Source of the DNA: an uncultured Oligoflexus sp.
GTDB lineage: Bacteria; Bdellovibrionota_B; Oligoflexia; Oligoflexales; Oligoflexaceae
Length of the DNA: 55,142 nt
Assembly (NCBI GenBank): GCA_964236955.1
Contig: CAXSGP010000019.1
Location: 1 to 55,142, forward strand
Direction: 5' to 3'
Part shown: piece after piece, positions 18,950 to 27,757 of the stretch
Numbering within the stretch: position 1 is the stretch's first letter
Layout: every line of letters begins with the position of its first letter
The notes under the pieces: generated by a model
What the model was told of the DNA's origin: nothing
Database searches by the model: none
Seen by the model: the letters and a program-made list of their open reading frames with translations, nothing else
Translations under genes and position numbers: made by a program

Positions 18950-21298
18950 GATAAAGGTGTAGTAATAAGCCGGTGGAATCTCTTCATTCGATTGGAAGAG
19001 GAGGACGATTAGCTCATGCCTGTCGTTGCCGTTCGAATTGAGTATGATGGCATGGCTTTCATCAAAGAGTTTAAGGGCCAGCTTATGGCCCTCGTCACCC
19101 GGTTGAAAAAAGCGCATGATCTCGTGTCGCGCCAAAATCTGCCCCGAAAGATCCACCGATAGGCAAAAAACGTGGGCGTCATGGCCGTAGCGGAGCTGCT
19201 TAAGTTTATGATGATCGCTCTTGCCAGAGGTGATCAGGTTGTCCCGCCTGATTTCCAGCAGAGTTTCCGCCAGCCGGAGGGCTTTGGCTTCAAGCTCTTC
19301 GGACAGACCCGCCTGGGCGATATCCTGGCTCAATCCTACCCATTGATCGGCGGAATGAGTTCGCATATCGAGCGGTCTTTCCTTGATCGCGGATCCCCAC
19401 ATCAAATACTTTTCGATGCCAAACACATCCTGTGAAATCAATTTCATAAGGTGAGTGAGCAGTATTTTCTGCAGGATGGGCTTTGGCAGATCCAGCGATA
19501 GGACCTGATCGAGCATTGGATATTTCCTTTGATAGTGGTTGGCCGTCGCAAGATCTTTTTCGCTAAAGGCCACCAGAGTCGCCTTGGGATTGATCTCGTG
19601 AATATCGGGAAGGCTATCAACGAAACTGTCATCGATAACAATCAAACGCGAGGGATCGTTGTTAATATTGGCGAGAAGCGCTTCGATGCTTTCGGCAGTC
19701 CGAAGGTTAAGGCGGGCGCCGCCTATTGATGATTTAAAGGTCCGTTGATACCTTTTGTTGGCCGACAGAAGATCGATAGTCTCCTGAACCTTGGTCTTTT
19801 CATCAGGAGTGGACTGCGTGGCCTTGGAATAGATTTTAACAAGATCGTCGATGAGCTCACCGATCTCGATGGTGTCGTTGGGGCTTGGATTATCGTGCAT
19901 GTCCTGCAGGCGACTGACGATTCGAGGGATCAGGATTTTCTTAATTTCCGTGATGCGTAGGAGCAACACGTCCTTTTCCTGGGCAATCTCCGTCGCTGAC
20001 TGCTTTTGTTTCGTCAGTATCTCCACCCGCTCCTCGAGAACGAAGTGGGCTCCCTCCAATTCTTTGGCCTGCAAAGCCAAAGCTTCGGTACGGCGTTCCA
20101 CTTCCAGCTGCAGTTCTGAGTTGCGCTTCTTCACATATTCGGTCCGGACCTGCTCGGCCTGAGTCTGCTCCAGGATATTGAGCTTAAGCAGCAGGATCTG
20201 GGTGGAACAGATGATCACGAGAAACACCCAGGGAGTTAAATAAAACGGATCGTGGCTGTAAGTGAAGTTGTACATGTCGATGCTGACCGAAACGCCAAGA
20301 ATTGCGGTGACCAGGGCAAACGCCCGGGCGTAGGGACGCTTCTGTGACGCCGCTTCGAAGGCAAAAAGAAGAACTAAGGCCAAGCTGAAAATGCCGATAT
20401 TGACGACGTTAGGGCGGATTAAGTCCTTATATAGCATGGGATATAGCGTTTCGCAGACCTGGAACACGATAGAGAAGGGGATGATAAAAAACGCCAGCTT
20501 TCGCGCCAGATGTTTTTTGCTGCCAATAAATTCTTCAAAAAACAGGAGGAAGCTGATGAGAATCAAAAAACCGCCGCTGATGCGAAAGTTGGAATAATGG
20601 CTGAAAGCCCGGACCACGACGTCGAGATCGGATAGGATAAAAACGCCAAAGATCAAGGAGTGGACCCCGAAATACAGCAGAGTCCAGCTGAATACGGAGA
20701 TACTCAGGACCAAACTCAGAATTCCCAGGAAGCAGATGATCGTTCCACTTATGACGACGGGCGACGCGGATACCAGATAATACCAAATCGCATGATTGAG
20801 CGTCGTGAGTTTGAGGTAGTGGCAAGATACTTCATAGCGTTTGTTTTCTGAGAGTTTGACCTTAAAATAGAGCTGCGAGGGGCGCATACCGCTATTTAGG
20901 GTGGCAAAGGTAAAAGCATTGTCAACAGGTTCGTCCAGGTCGCTCGACTCCAACTTTTGATGATCCTGGTAGAGACTTTCAATATTGGTGCAGCCTTTGG
21001 CGAAGAGGCGATCAAAGCTGGTGTCTTGTGGCAACGAATAACGAAGCCAAACTTTGGCGCGACTCGAAATGTTTTGGGAAAGATCAAGACGGGAGGTAAA
21101 GGCATCGTCAGCAGGCGGAGCGTCCCGACTTCCCGATTCATCAAGAAAATAGCCTTCGGCAGGTTCGATGCTAAAATCATAAGTCTTGGGGTTTCTACAG
21201 GAGCTGCCAAGCGTCAAGAGTCCAAAGAATACAGCGAAACGAAAGGCCGTTCCGAGCCTCAGGTTTTGAATAAATGACGATGATCCTGGCTTTTTCAT
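18941..21298 (-). CDS. membrane sensor: periplasmic domain, 7TM-DISM-like region, REC-like domain, degenerate HATPase-like domain
   Basis: About seven hydrophobic helices, coiled coil, RLIVIDD, DVFGIEKYLMWG; paralog of 21295..23769. Confidence 0.7.
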   Translation of the reverse strand: MKKPGSSSFIQNLRLGTAFRFAVFFGLLTLGSSCRNPKTYDFSIEPAEGYFLDESGSRDAPPADDAFTSRLDLSQNISSRAKVWLRYSLPQDTSFDRLFAKGCTNIESLYQDHQKLESSDLDEPVDNAFTFATLNSGMRPSQLYFKVKLSENKRYEVSCHYLKLTTLNHAIWYYLVSASPVVISGTIICFLGILSLVLSISVFSWTLLYFGVHSLIFGVFILSDLDVVVRAFSHYSNFRISGGFLILISFLLFFEEFIGSKKHLARKLAFFIIPFSIVFQVCETLYPMLYKDLIRPNVVNIGIFSLALVLLFAFEAASQKRPYARAFALVTAILGVSVSIDMYNFTYSHDPFYLTPWVFLVIICSTQILLLKLNILEQTQAEQVRTEYVKKRNSELQLEVERRTEALALQAKELEGAHFVLEERVEILTKQKQSATEIAQEKDVLLLRITEIKKILIPRIVSRLQDMHDNPSPNDTIEIGELIDDLVKIYSKATQSTPDEKTKVQETIDLLSANKRYQRTFKSSIGGARLNLRTAESIEALLANINNDPSRLIVIDDSFVDSLPDIHEINPKATLVAFSEKDLATANHYQRKYPMLDQVLSLDLPKPILQKILLTHLMKLISQDVFGIEKYLMWGSAIKERPLDMRTHSADQWVGLSQDIAQAGLSEELEAKALRLAETLLEIRRDNLITSGKSDHHKLKQLRYGHDAHVFCLSVDLSGQILARHEIMRFFQPGDEGHKLALKLFDESHAIILNSNGNDRHELIVLLFQSNEEIPPAYYYTFIST

Positions 21299-23769
21299 AG
21301 GTCTTCATGATCCACAAAGTAATGAAAGCATTGCCCTTTTAGGGTGGATTTCTCATGCACGTTCAAGAGTGCAATGATTTCAGTCTTCTTGCCCGCTTTG
21401 ATGTTGGTCACGAGAAGGTCGGCGGCCTTCATTATCTGAAACAGGCCCATGCCGCCGCCCCCTTTGCCTTCGGTTTCATTGATGGTGCCGAACAGCCCCT
21501 CCAGGCAAGCTTTGAGATACTTGAGGATGATCTCGCGTTTAAGGCCACCAAAGGGGTCATCGATTGAGATCGCAAGAATGGTTCCATCATAACCATAACG
21601 AAGTCGGGCGTATTCGGAGGGATCCAATTCTACGGTTACCGAGCGGGTGAGGTGGTTGTAGCGGGACCGCTTCGTCAGTGGATCTACCGGCGCATCATAG
21701 ATTGCATTCATCAGGAGTTCGTCGGCAAGATGATGGGCCCGGTGCGTCATGGCCGAGGTGATGCCCGCTCGTTCCAGATCCAGATTCAGCTGGGTCAGGG
21801 CACTGCTGCGGGAATTGTTGCCAGAGATGATGATCTCTTTGATATCCACGCCCCAGTCGAGATACTTCTCGATGCCGAAGATATCGTTCGATAGTATCTT
21901 CGTCGTCGTGACGAGCAAGTTTCTTTGGGAAAAGAATGTCGAATCGCTATGCTGAAAAATAAGGTGATTGAGTTTTTCGCTGTTGCGAAGAATATCGATG
22001 GAGGTTTTAAAGTCGCTTTCTCCGGACAGTATGATCTGAACCTCGGGATACAGCCGGAAGAGATCGGTAATGAGTGTCGTGTGTGTGGAGCAAATAATCA
22101 ATAGGTTCGGTTTGGTGAGTTTAAGGCTCTCCAACACACCAGAGGCTGTGTCAAAGCAACGAATGTCCAGCTTGCTGCTGTTCAGGGCATTTTTATAATT
22201 GGTTTCGACTTCTTTGTTGTTGATGAGGATCCATACCATTTTATTATTGATGGCTATTATGTTGTCATGCAGGCGGGCAAAGGGATCAAGTGCGCTGGCC
22301 AACTTATGAACGATGACACTGATCTGGCGGAGCTTGTCGCGGTCGCAGTGTTGCCGCGACGATTCCCGGCTTTCTATGAGCTCGGGGAGAACTGTAGCTT
22401 TGATCTTGCTGGCCTTTTTTAGCATCGCGCTCTGTTGATTCAAAAGATCGTCGAGGCGTTTGAACGCCATACGCAAAAGAATATTTTTCTCTTCCAGCTC
22501 GATATTGGATTCTTCAAAGAGACGATTTCTTTCCCGCAGTCGGTCTTCGCGAAGCTTGACTTCGGCCGCAAGGCGGATAGTGAATTCTTCAGCATCATTG
22601 AGGTGTTTTTTGCTTTCATTATTACTGTTCAGGAATTGGTTGCGAGCATAGTTGGTCAATCCTCCGAGCAGATAGAGAAAGCCGCCAAAAGCACTGGCAT
22701 GAAAGATCGAGCGCATAAAGAGAGAGCCAAAGACGTCGGCAAAAATACAAAGGATAAAGGTAATGAATCCAAGATATGTCAATCGAAATGAACCGTTTGG
22801 CGAATGCAGAACGTGGGCTATGAACAGAGGCAGAAAGCTGGCGAATTCTACCAATGAGAATGCGAAGTACAGATTTCTGAGGGCTTGATGGTACTTGTGA
22901 TAGCCAAGGAAAAGCAGCGTCAGGCAAAGGACTGCGAAGACGATATTGATAATGGCAAGCACGGGCAGAGCCTTGTACTTTCGAGCAAAGAGCTGATCGA
23001 TCAGCATAATGCCAGCGATGGGCGCAGTCAAAAGCCCGACGGTAAAGGCAGTGAAAAGCTCCTTGCCGTTGGAATTGGTGAAATAATAGATCTGATGACC
23101 AAGAGAAAATACCAGAGCTAGGGAGACGTGGAAAAGGCCTACGTAGAGTATGCGGCAATTGCGATGGACGGGCCAACTCGCGATGTAGATCAAGCCGAGC
23201 AAAACCAGGAGAAAGCCTATCATGATGTCGGGAGCGCTACTGAGGCTGAATTGGCGAATCAACGACGTTTCATTGCCGAGATATATATTCGAACAGTCAG
23301 GCGCAAGCCCCGTTTTGGGAGATCGTTTGATGTGGAGGGCAATATGTGATTCCAGACTGTTCGGAAGGGAGACAAATGGCTTTTTAAAATTTGCGAAATT
23401 AAAGGTCGAATCCGGGTTGACATCAGCTTGGTAGATTATCCCGCTGCTAATCCCTATGCTCGCCAGGTTGAAGCATCGCTTGAGGAGAAGGGTCGGATGC
23501 GAGTAGGCAATGGGATCGATAGGATAGTTGATCCAAATCTCAGGTTCGACATCGAATTTTTCAAGATCTTTGACTGTATAATAGGGGCCATCAAAGGACT
23601 GAGGCATCGTGGCTTTTGAGGAGTCGGTCGCGGTCGGCATATAGATTTGGAACTGCCGGGAGTTTTTGAGAACTTTTATGCTCGAATTTTCGCATGCAAA
23701 GGTCAAGGTCAGGAGCAGGGCTGCGCCTATAAACCGGAACAAGCTATCAATGATTCGAGTGCTTGACAT
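21295..23769 (-). CDS. membrane sensor: periplasmic domain, 7TM-DISM-like region, pseudo-REC, GHKL/RsbW-like ATPase
   Basis: About seven TM helices, coiled coil, DIFGIEKYLDWG, N-box ADELLMNAIYDA, IDDPFGG, G2-like GGGMGLF. Confidence 0.75.
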   Translation of the reverse strand: MSSTRIIDSLFRFIGAALLLTLTFACENSSIKVLKNSRQFQIYMPTATDSSKATMPQSFDGPYYTVKDLEKFDVEPEIWINYPIDPIAYSHPTLLLKRCFNLASIGISSGIIYQADVNPDSTFNFANFKKPFVSLPNSLESHIALHIKRSPKTGLAPDCSNIYLGNETSLIRQFSLSSAPDIMIGFLLVLLGLIYIASWPVHRNCRILYVGLFHVSLALVFSLGHQIYYFTNSNGKELFTAFTVGLLTAPIAGIMLIDQLFARKYKALPVLAIINIVFAVLCLTLLFLGYHKYHQALRNLYFAFSLVEFASFLPLFIAHVLHSPNGSFRLTYLGFITFILCIFADVFGSLFMRSIFHASAFGGFLYLLGGLTNYARNQFLNSNNESKKHLNDAEEFTIRLAAEVKLREDRLRERNRLFEESNIELEEKNILLRMAFKRLDDLLNQQSAMLKKASKIKATVLPELIESRESSRQHCDRDKLRQISVIVHKLASALDPFARLHDNIIAINNKMVWILINNKEVETNYKNALNSSKLDIRCFDTASGVLESLKLTKPNLLIICSTHTTLITDLFRLYPEVQIILSGESDFKTSIDILRNSEKLNHLIFQHSDSTFFSQRNLLVTTTKILSNDIFGIEKYLDWGVDIKEIIISGNNSRSSALTQLNLDLERAGITSAMTHRAHHLADELLMNAIYDAPVDPLTKRSRYNHLTRSVTVELDPSEYARLRYGYDGTILAISIDDPFGGLKREIILKYLKACLEGLFGTINETEGKGGGGMGLFQIMKAADLLVTNIKAGKKTEIIALLNVHEKSTLKGQCFHYFVDHEDL

Positions 23770-23865
23770 CTGGACCTATCACAATTGACTGTCTCTAGAC
23801 TAACATTGTTCCGATGGAAGAATTTGCCGGGTGCAGAATCGCAAGAGGCCGCCGGATCAAAATCC

Positions 23866-24429
23866 CTAATTATGGAGGGGAGATTCGGGGCCGGGGTCGA
23901 GAGGAAGTTCTGGTTTTTGAAACATGGAAAAGATGTCGAAGAGTGATCCGCTAGGTTTTTTGATAATTTGGTCAAGGCTCATATCGACCATGCGTATCAT
24001 AAGCCCAAGAAATTCCATGCGGCTCTGTTCAATCCTAAAACTTTTCAGTTCGCTGCCATCAAGTTTTTCCAGCAGCGAAAAAGCGCCCATGATGCGCGAC
24101 ATCATCTTTCTTTCCCGGCGCCTTAAGGTGTCGAGTATGGTCGCCCGTAGATCCTCACGAGCCCGGTAGAGCCGCGTGCCCCGAGCGCTCTTGCCGACCT
24201 CTTCGATCACTTCGAAATCAAGGAGTTCCTTGAGCGAAATACTGACCAGCGCCTTGGAGATGTCCAGCCGTTTCATGAGTTCCGACGCATCGAGCGGTTC
24301 ACTCGACAAATAGATGTGACACCACATCTGCCCGTGGACCTTTTTAAATCCCCAATATTCCATAAAGGCGCCTACCTGGGAGGCAAACTCTTCAAGCTCG
24401 GGTAATTTTTTCCACTCTGATTTTTGCAT
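23866..24429 (-). CDS. GbsR/MarR-family transcriptional regulator
   Basis: YWGFKKVHGQMWCHIYLSSEPL..ELMKRLDISKALVSISLKEL. Confidence 0.85.
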   Translation of the reverse strand: MQKSEWKKLPELEEFASQVGAFMEYWGFKKVHGQMWCHIYLSSEPLDASELMKRLDISKALVSISLKELLDFEVIEEVGKSARGTRLYRAREDLRATILDTLRRRERKMMSRIMGAFSLLEKLDGSELKSFRIEQSRMEFLGLMIRMVDMSLDQIIKKPSGSLFDIFSMFQKPELPLDPGPESPLHN

Positions 24430-24438
24430 AGTGTCCGC

Positions 24439-25401
24439 TTAAATTCGTTGCGCTAGAAAATTAATCATCATATCCAAAGTGAAGCGCGCAGCCGGCACCG
24501 CAATGGAACGTTGACCTTCGTATTCCCTTGCCACTTCTCCCAGCAGGCTGTGACAGTCTTTGACCAGTACGTCCACGCGTTGCCGCACCTTAAGGACCGC
24601 GCTATCCAAAGTTTCGCTTATATCGAGATCGGCGATCTGAGTCAAATCGAGCGTATCCGTTTGGTACTTCAGGCACAATGCTTCAAATATCACAGCATTG
24701 ATCACGCGGTTTTTCACGTCGGCGCCTTCACTGCCGTCCTTACGCACAAAATCGAGAATATCGTCTGTCATTTGAAAGGCAATGCCGATGCCCTCACCGA
24801 GCCGACGGCATTTCTGGACAAATTCTTCACCCATATTGGCCAGCAGAGCCGGCGCGGCCCAACTCCAGCGAAGGACGCTTCCGGTTTTGCGCAGGGCGAC
24901 CGCTTCAATATCAGACCAGCGTAATTGTGTGGCCGAGCTGTTCTCTATCTGCAGCCACTCCCCTTCGGCAAGATCGGCGATGATGCGGGCCATCTCGATA
25001 ACGAGATTGTTATGTCCACTGGACGCAATCTCCTGCAGGACGTAGGAGAGCAGAAAATCTCCAGCGAGAACGGCTTTTTTATTGGAAGCCACGGCATTGA
25101 TCGAGGCTTCGCCGCGGCGCACGACCGCATTATCGACCACATCGTCGTGAGCAAGGGTGGAGGCATGAACGAGTTCAACCATGCGGGCATAAGGTGCCAC
25201 AATTGCATGATCAAGGCCAAAGAGGTCGGCGACCATAAAAGTCATGAGGGGTCTAAGACGCTTACCACCCTTCAAAACCGTTTTTGAAAGCAGGCTGGCA
25301 ATACGGGGATTTCGGTCCCATTCGGCCAAATTGAAGTCGAGCTCTTCGACACTCTTGGCGATCTTGGGCGATAATATTGATCCTAGACCTATCAGGCTCA
25401 C
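24439..25401 (-). CDS. long-chain polyprenyl diphosphate synthase (IspB/HepT-like)
   Basis: GGKRLRP, ELVHASTLAHDDVVD..RRG, AVLAGD, FQMTDDILD. Confidence 0.92.
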   Translation of the reverse strand: MSLIGLGSILSPKIAKSVEELDFNLAEWDRNPRIASLLSKTVLKGGKRLRPLMTFMVADLFGLDHAIVAPYARMVELVHASTLAHDDVVDNAVVRRGEASINAVASNKKAVLAGDFLLSYVLQEIASSGHNNLVIEMARIIADLAEGEWLQIENSSATQLRWSDIEAVALRKTGSVLRWSWAAPALLANMGEEFVQKCRRLGEGIGIAFQMTDDILDFVRKDGSEGADVKNRVINAVIFEALCLKYQTDTLDLTQIADLDISETLDSAVLKVRQRVDVLVKDCHSLLGEVAREYEGQRSIAVPAARFTLDMMINFLAQRI

Positions 25402-25429
25402 GTTCTATCTCTTTTCCCGCCCAAGCAGA

Positions 25430-25447
25430 GTTTATGAATTTTTGAAC
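25430..25447. promoter_or_regulatory. candidate operator, imperfect palindrome GTTTATGAATTTTTGAAC
   Basis: 12 of 18 positions self-complementary; about 30 nt upstream of the prenyl synthase-regulator operon in the divergent intergenic region. Confidence 0.3.
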
Positions 25448-25616
25448 TATGGGGCGCCTTTGGCTCATCTAAGTTTTAATATTCACTGTTGCAATAATCA
25501 AGGCAAGTGTCTTCAGTTAAAAAGATTGTTTGGCCCTGACAAGCTGAACTGCCAGGCCCTGGAATTTGGTTGAACGGGCTTCCTTAAAAGGTTTATATGG
25601 ATGTGAACTGTGACAA

Positions 25617-26339
25617 ATGGAAGCAACCGCAATGACTCTTCCTTATGCAAAAAGCGACTCTTACAAAGTCTTTGATGCGATAGCTGGCCGATATGACGGA
25701 ATTAATACCGTGCTTTCGGGTGGGCTACATAGAATATGGCGCCGAGAACTCCGTCGAAAGTTGCCGTCCCATTCTGGTCAGACTGTGATCGATTTAGCCA
25801 CAGGAACTGCCGATGTGGCCATTGAATTGAGCAAAGACCCCCGTGTCGTAAAGATCGTGGGTCTCGATATGTCAGAAGGCATGATCGCGATAGGTCGCTC
25901 CAAGCTTAGCAAAATGGGTCTGAATAATAAGATCGAATTGGTTTTAGGTGATGCCCAGCGACTGACTTTTGCCAGCAATAATTTTGATGCGGCGACGATG
26001 TCCTTTGGCATTCGCAATGTTCCTGACACGTCGGCCTGCCTGCGCGAAATCCATCGTGTGTTAAAATCGGGTGGTCGGGGACTGATTCTGGAATTTGCTT
26101 TGCCGCATTCCAAAATCATACGGGCTCTCCATCTCTTCTATCTCCGTCACCTATTGCCTTTGATCGGCCGCGTCCTGTCAGGTCACTCGACGGCTTATAC
26201 TTATCTCAATCAAACTATTGAAGAATTTCCCTACGGTGAGGATTTTGTGGCCCTCATGCGCCAGGCGGGTTTTCTAAAGGCCCGGCACTGCTCCCTGAGC
26301 TTTGGCATCGTCAACCTCTATTGGGGTGACAAAGCTTGA
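25617..26339 (+). CDS. menG: demethylmenaquinone methyltransferase (UbiE/MenG)
   Basis: FDAIAGRYD..N, DLATGTAD, FGIRNV, AYTYL..TIEEFP. Confidence 0.93.
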   Translation: MEATAMTLPYAKSDSYKVFDAIAGRYDGINTVLSGGLHRIWRRELRRKLPSHSGQTVIDLATGTADVAIELSKDPRVVKIVGLDMSEGMIAIGRSKLSKMGLNNKIELVLGDAQRLTFASNNFDAATMSFGIRNVPDTSACLREIHRVLKSGGRGLILEFALPHSKIIRALHLFYLRHLLPLIGRVLSGHSTAYTYLNQTIEEFPYGEDFVALMRQAGFLKARHCSLSFGIVNLYWGDKA

Positions 26340-27751
26340 TGGGCAGCCCCTTACAAAAAGAATCGCTGGCGACCCCCTTTGGGACTTTCGACCTTTGTTG
26401 GTCAGAACATGGCATTGGCGACCAAATCTGTTTTCGTCTGAAGCTAAAGCTCGGGCAATCGTTCCCAGCTCTCTCTCTCCTTGAGCCGGCCAACGACTGG
26501 GCCTTCGTCTGGCGCGGGCGTGACGATGGATTTTTGACTCTGGCGCTGAACGCCTTGATCGTTGTGGCGGAAGCGGACCGGATGAAGATGGGTCGTGATT
26601 CGACCCTGCAATGGTTTGGGGGTCAGACCTTTTATAATGAAGTTGCCGAGGATTGGGGTGATCTGCGCCGCGGACTGTGGTTTCTGCCAGCCGTGATCTG
26701 GAAGCTAGCGGACGACCAAAGCATTCTTATCATTCAATCCCTCAATCAAGGCAGGGACACCCGACTGGCGATGAAAGAGCGTTTGCTCAGCGTCTTGGCT
26801 CAAGCCTTCGAATCGGTGAAAAATCCAAGGCCGCCGCGACCTAAGATGTTGAGTCGCATCGATATTCCAGGACGCTAGGGCTGGCGCGCGAGTTTTGAGG
26901 CGTCAAAAAAAGGCTTTCGTGAAGGCCTCTTTAGCAAGGTTGTCCTGAGTCGGTCGAGCCACCTCAAACTCGATCGCAGCGACACCTGGCTCTATTGGTT
27001 ATCGCGAATCTTGGAATACAGTGAAGAATCCTATGTCTTTGCCATCAAAAGTCCTGATGGGCACTGTTTTCTCGGACGTTCTCCCGAACGTCTTTTGGCC
27101 TGGAAGGAAAGCGTGTTTCAAGTCGATGCCATCGCCGGGACGAGACGTCGCGGCGTTTCCGTCGCCAGCGATCATGATGCTTCGCGGGACCTTCAGCTGT
27201 CGAGCAAGGATCTCATCGAACATCGCTATGTAAGTCATTACGTTGCCAAGCTGTTGAAGAATCTGCATCTTCATTTTGATAAAGTTGACGACGAGAAACT
27301 CCTGCAGTTGACTCATGTTCAGCATCTGCGCACTCGTTTCCAGGGACAGCTTACTCAGCAGTGCGATGCTTTTGAACTTCTCCGCTGCCTCCATCCCACG
27401 CCAGCGGTCGGGGGGTTGCCGACCGCGGAAGCTATGGATTTTATCAAAAAATATGAAGCGTCAGCACGGGGCTGGTATGCGGGGTATATCGGCTGGTGCT
27501 CGCATGGTTCGGGAGAATGCGCGATCGGTATTCGTTCCGCGCTCGTCTATAGAAATACGATTCGGGTCTTCGCCGGTGCCGGTATAGTCCAGGAGTCCGA
27601 TATTGATGCGGAGTGGGAAGAAACCGAATGGAAAATGCAGAATTTTCTCAAGTGCCTTGAATCATCGATTTTGACAGACGAAGCGACCGGCAAGCCAGTC
27701 AGCGAGCATGTCCTAGGCCCTAAGTCCCCTGAGGAATCTGTCCGGAGGTAA
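26339..27751 (+). pseudogene. menF: isochorismate synthase interrupted by an in-frame TAG at 26876-26878
   Basis: ORFs 26336..26878 and 27011..27751 share one frame; reading through gives PGR*GWRASF..FSKVVLSR, then SPERLL, AIAGTRRRG, KDLIEH, LHPTPAVGG, RGWYAG, IRSA, AGAGIV. Confidence 0.85.
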
Positions 27752-27757
27752 GCGCTT

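Noticed and set aside
26876..26878. Genome-wide TAG reassignment
   Set aside because: TAG ends other genes at expected positions (pilN, anti-sigma gene) and no other gene in the window is split this way
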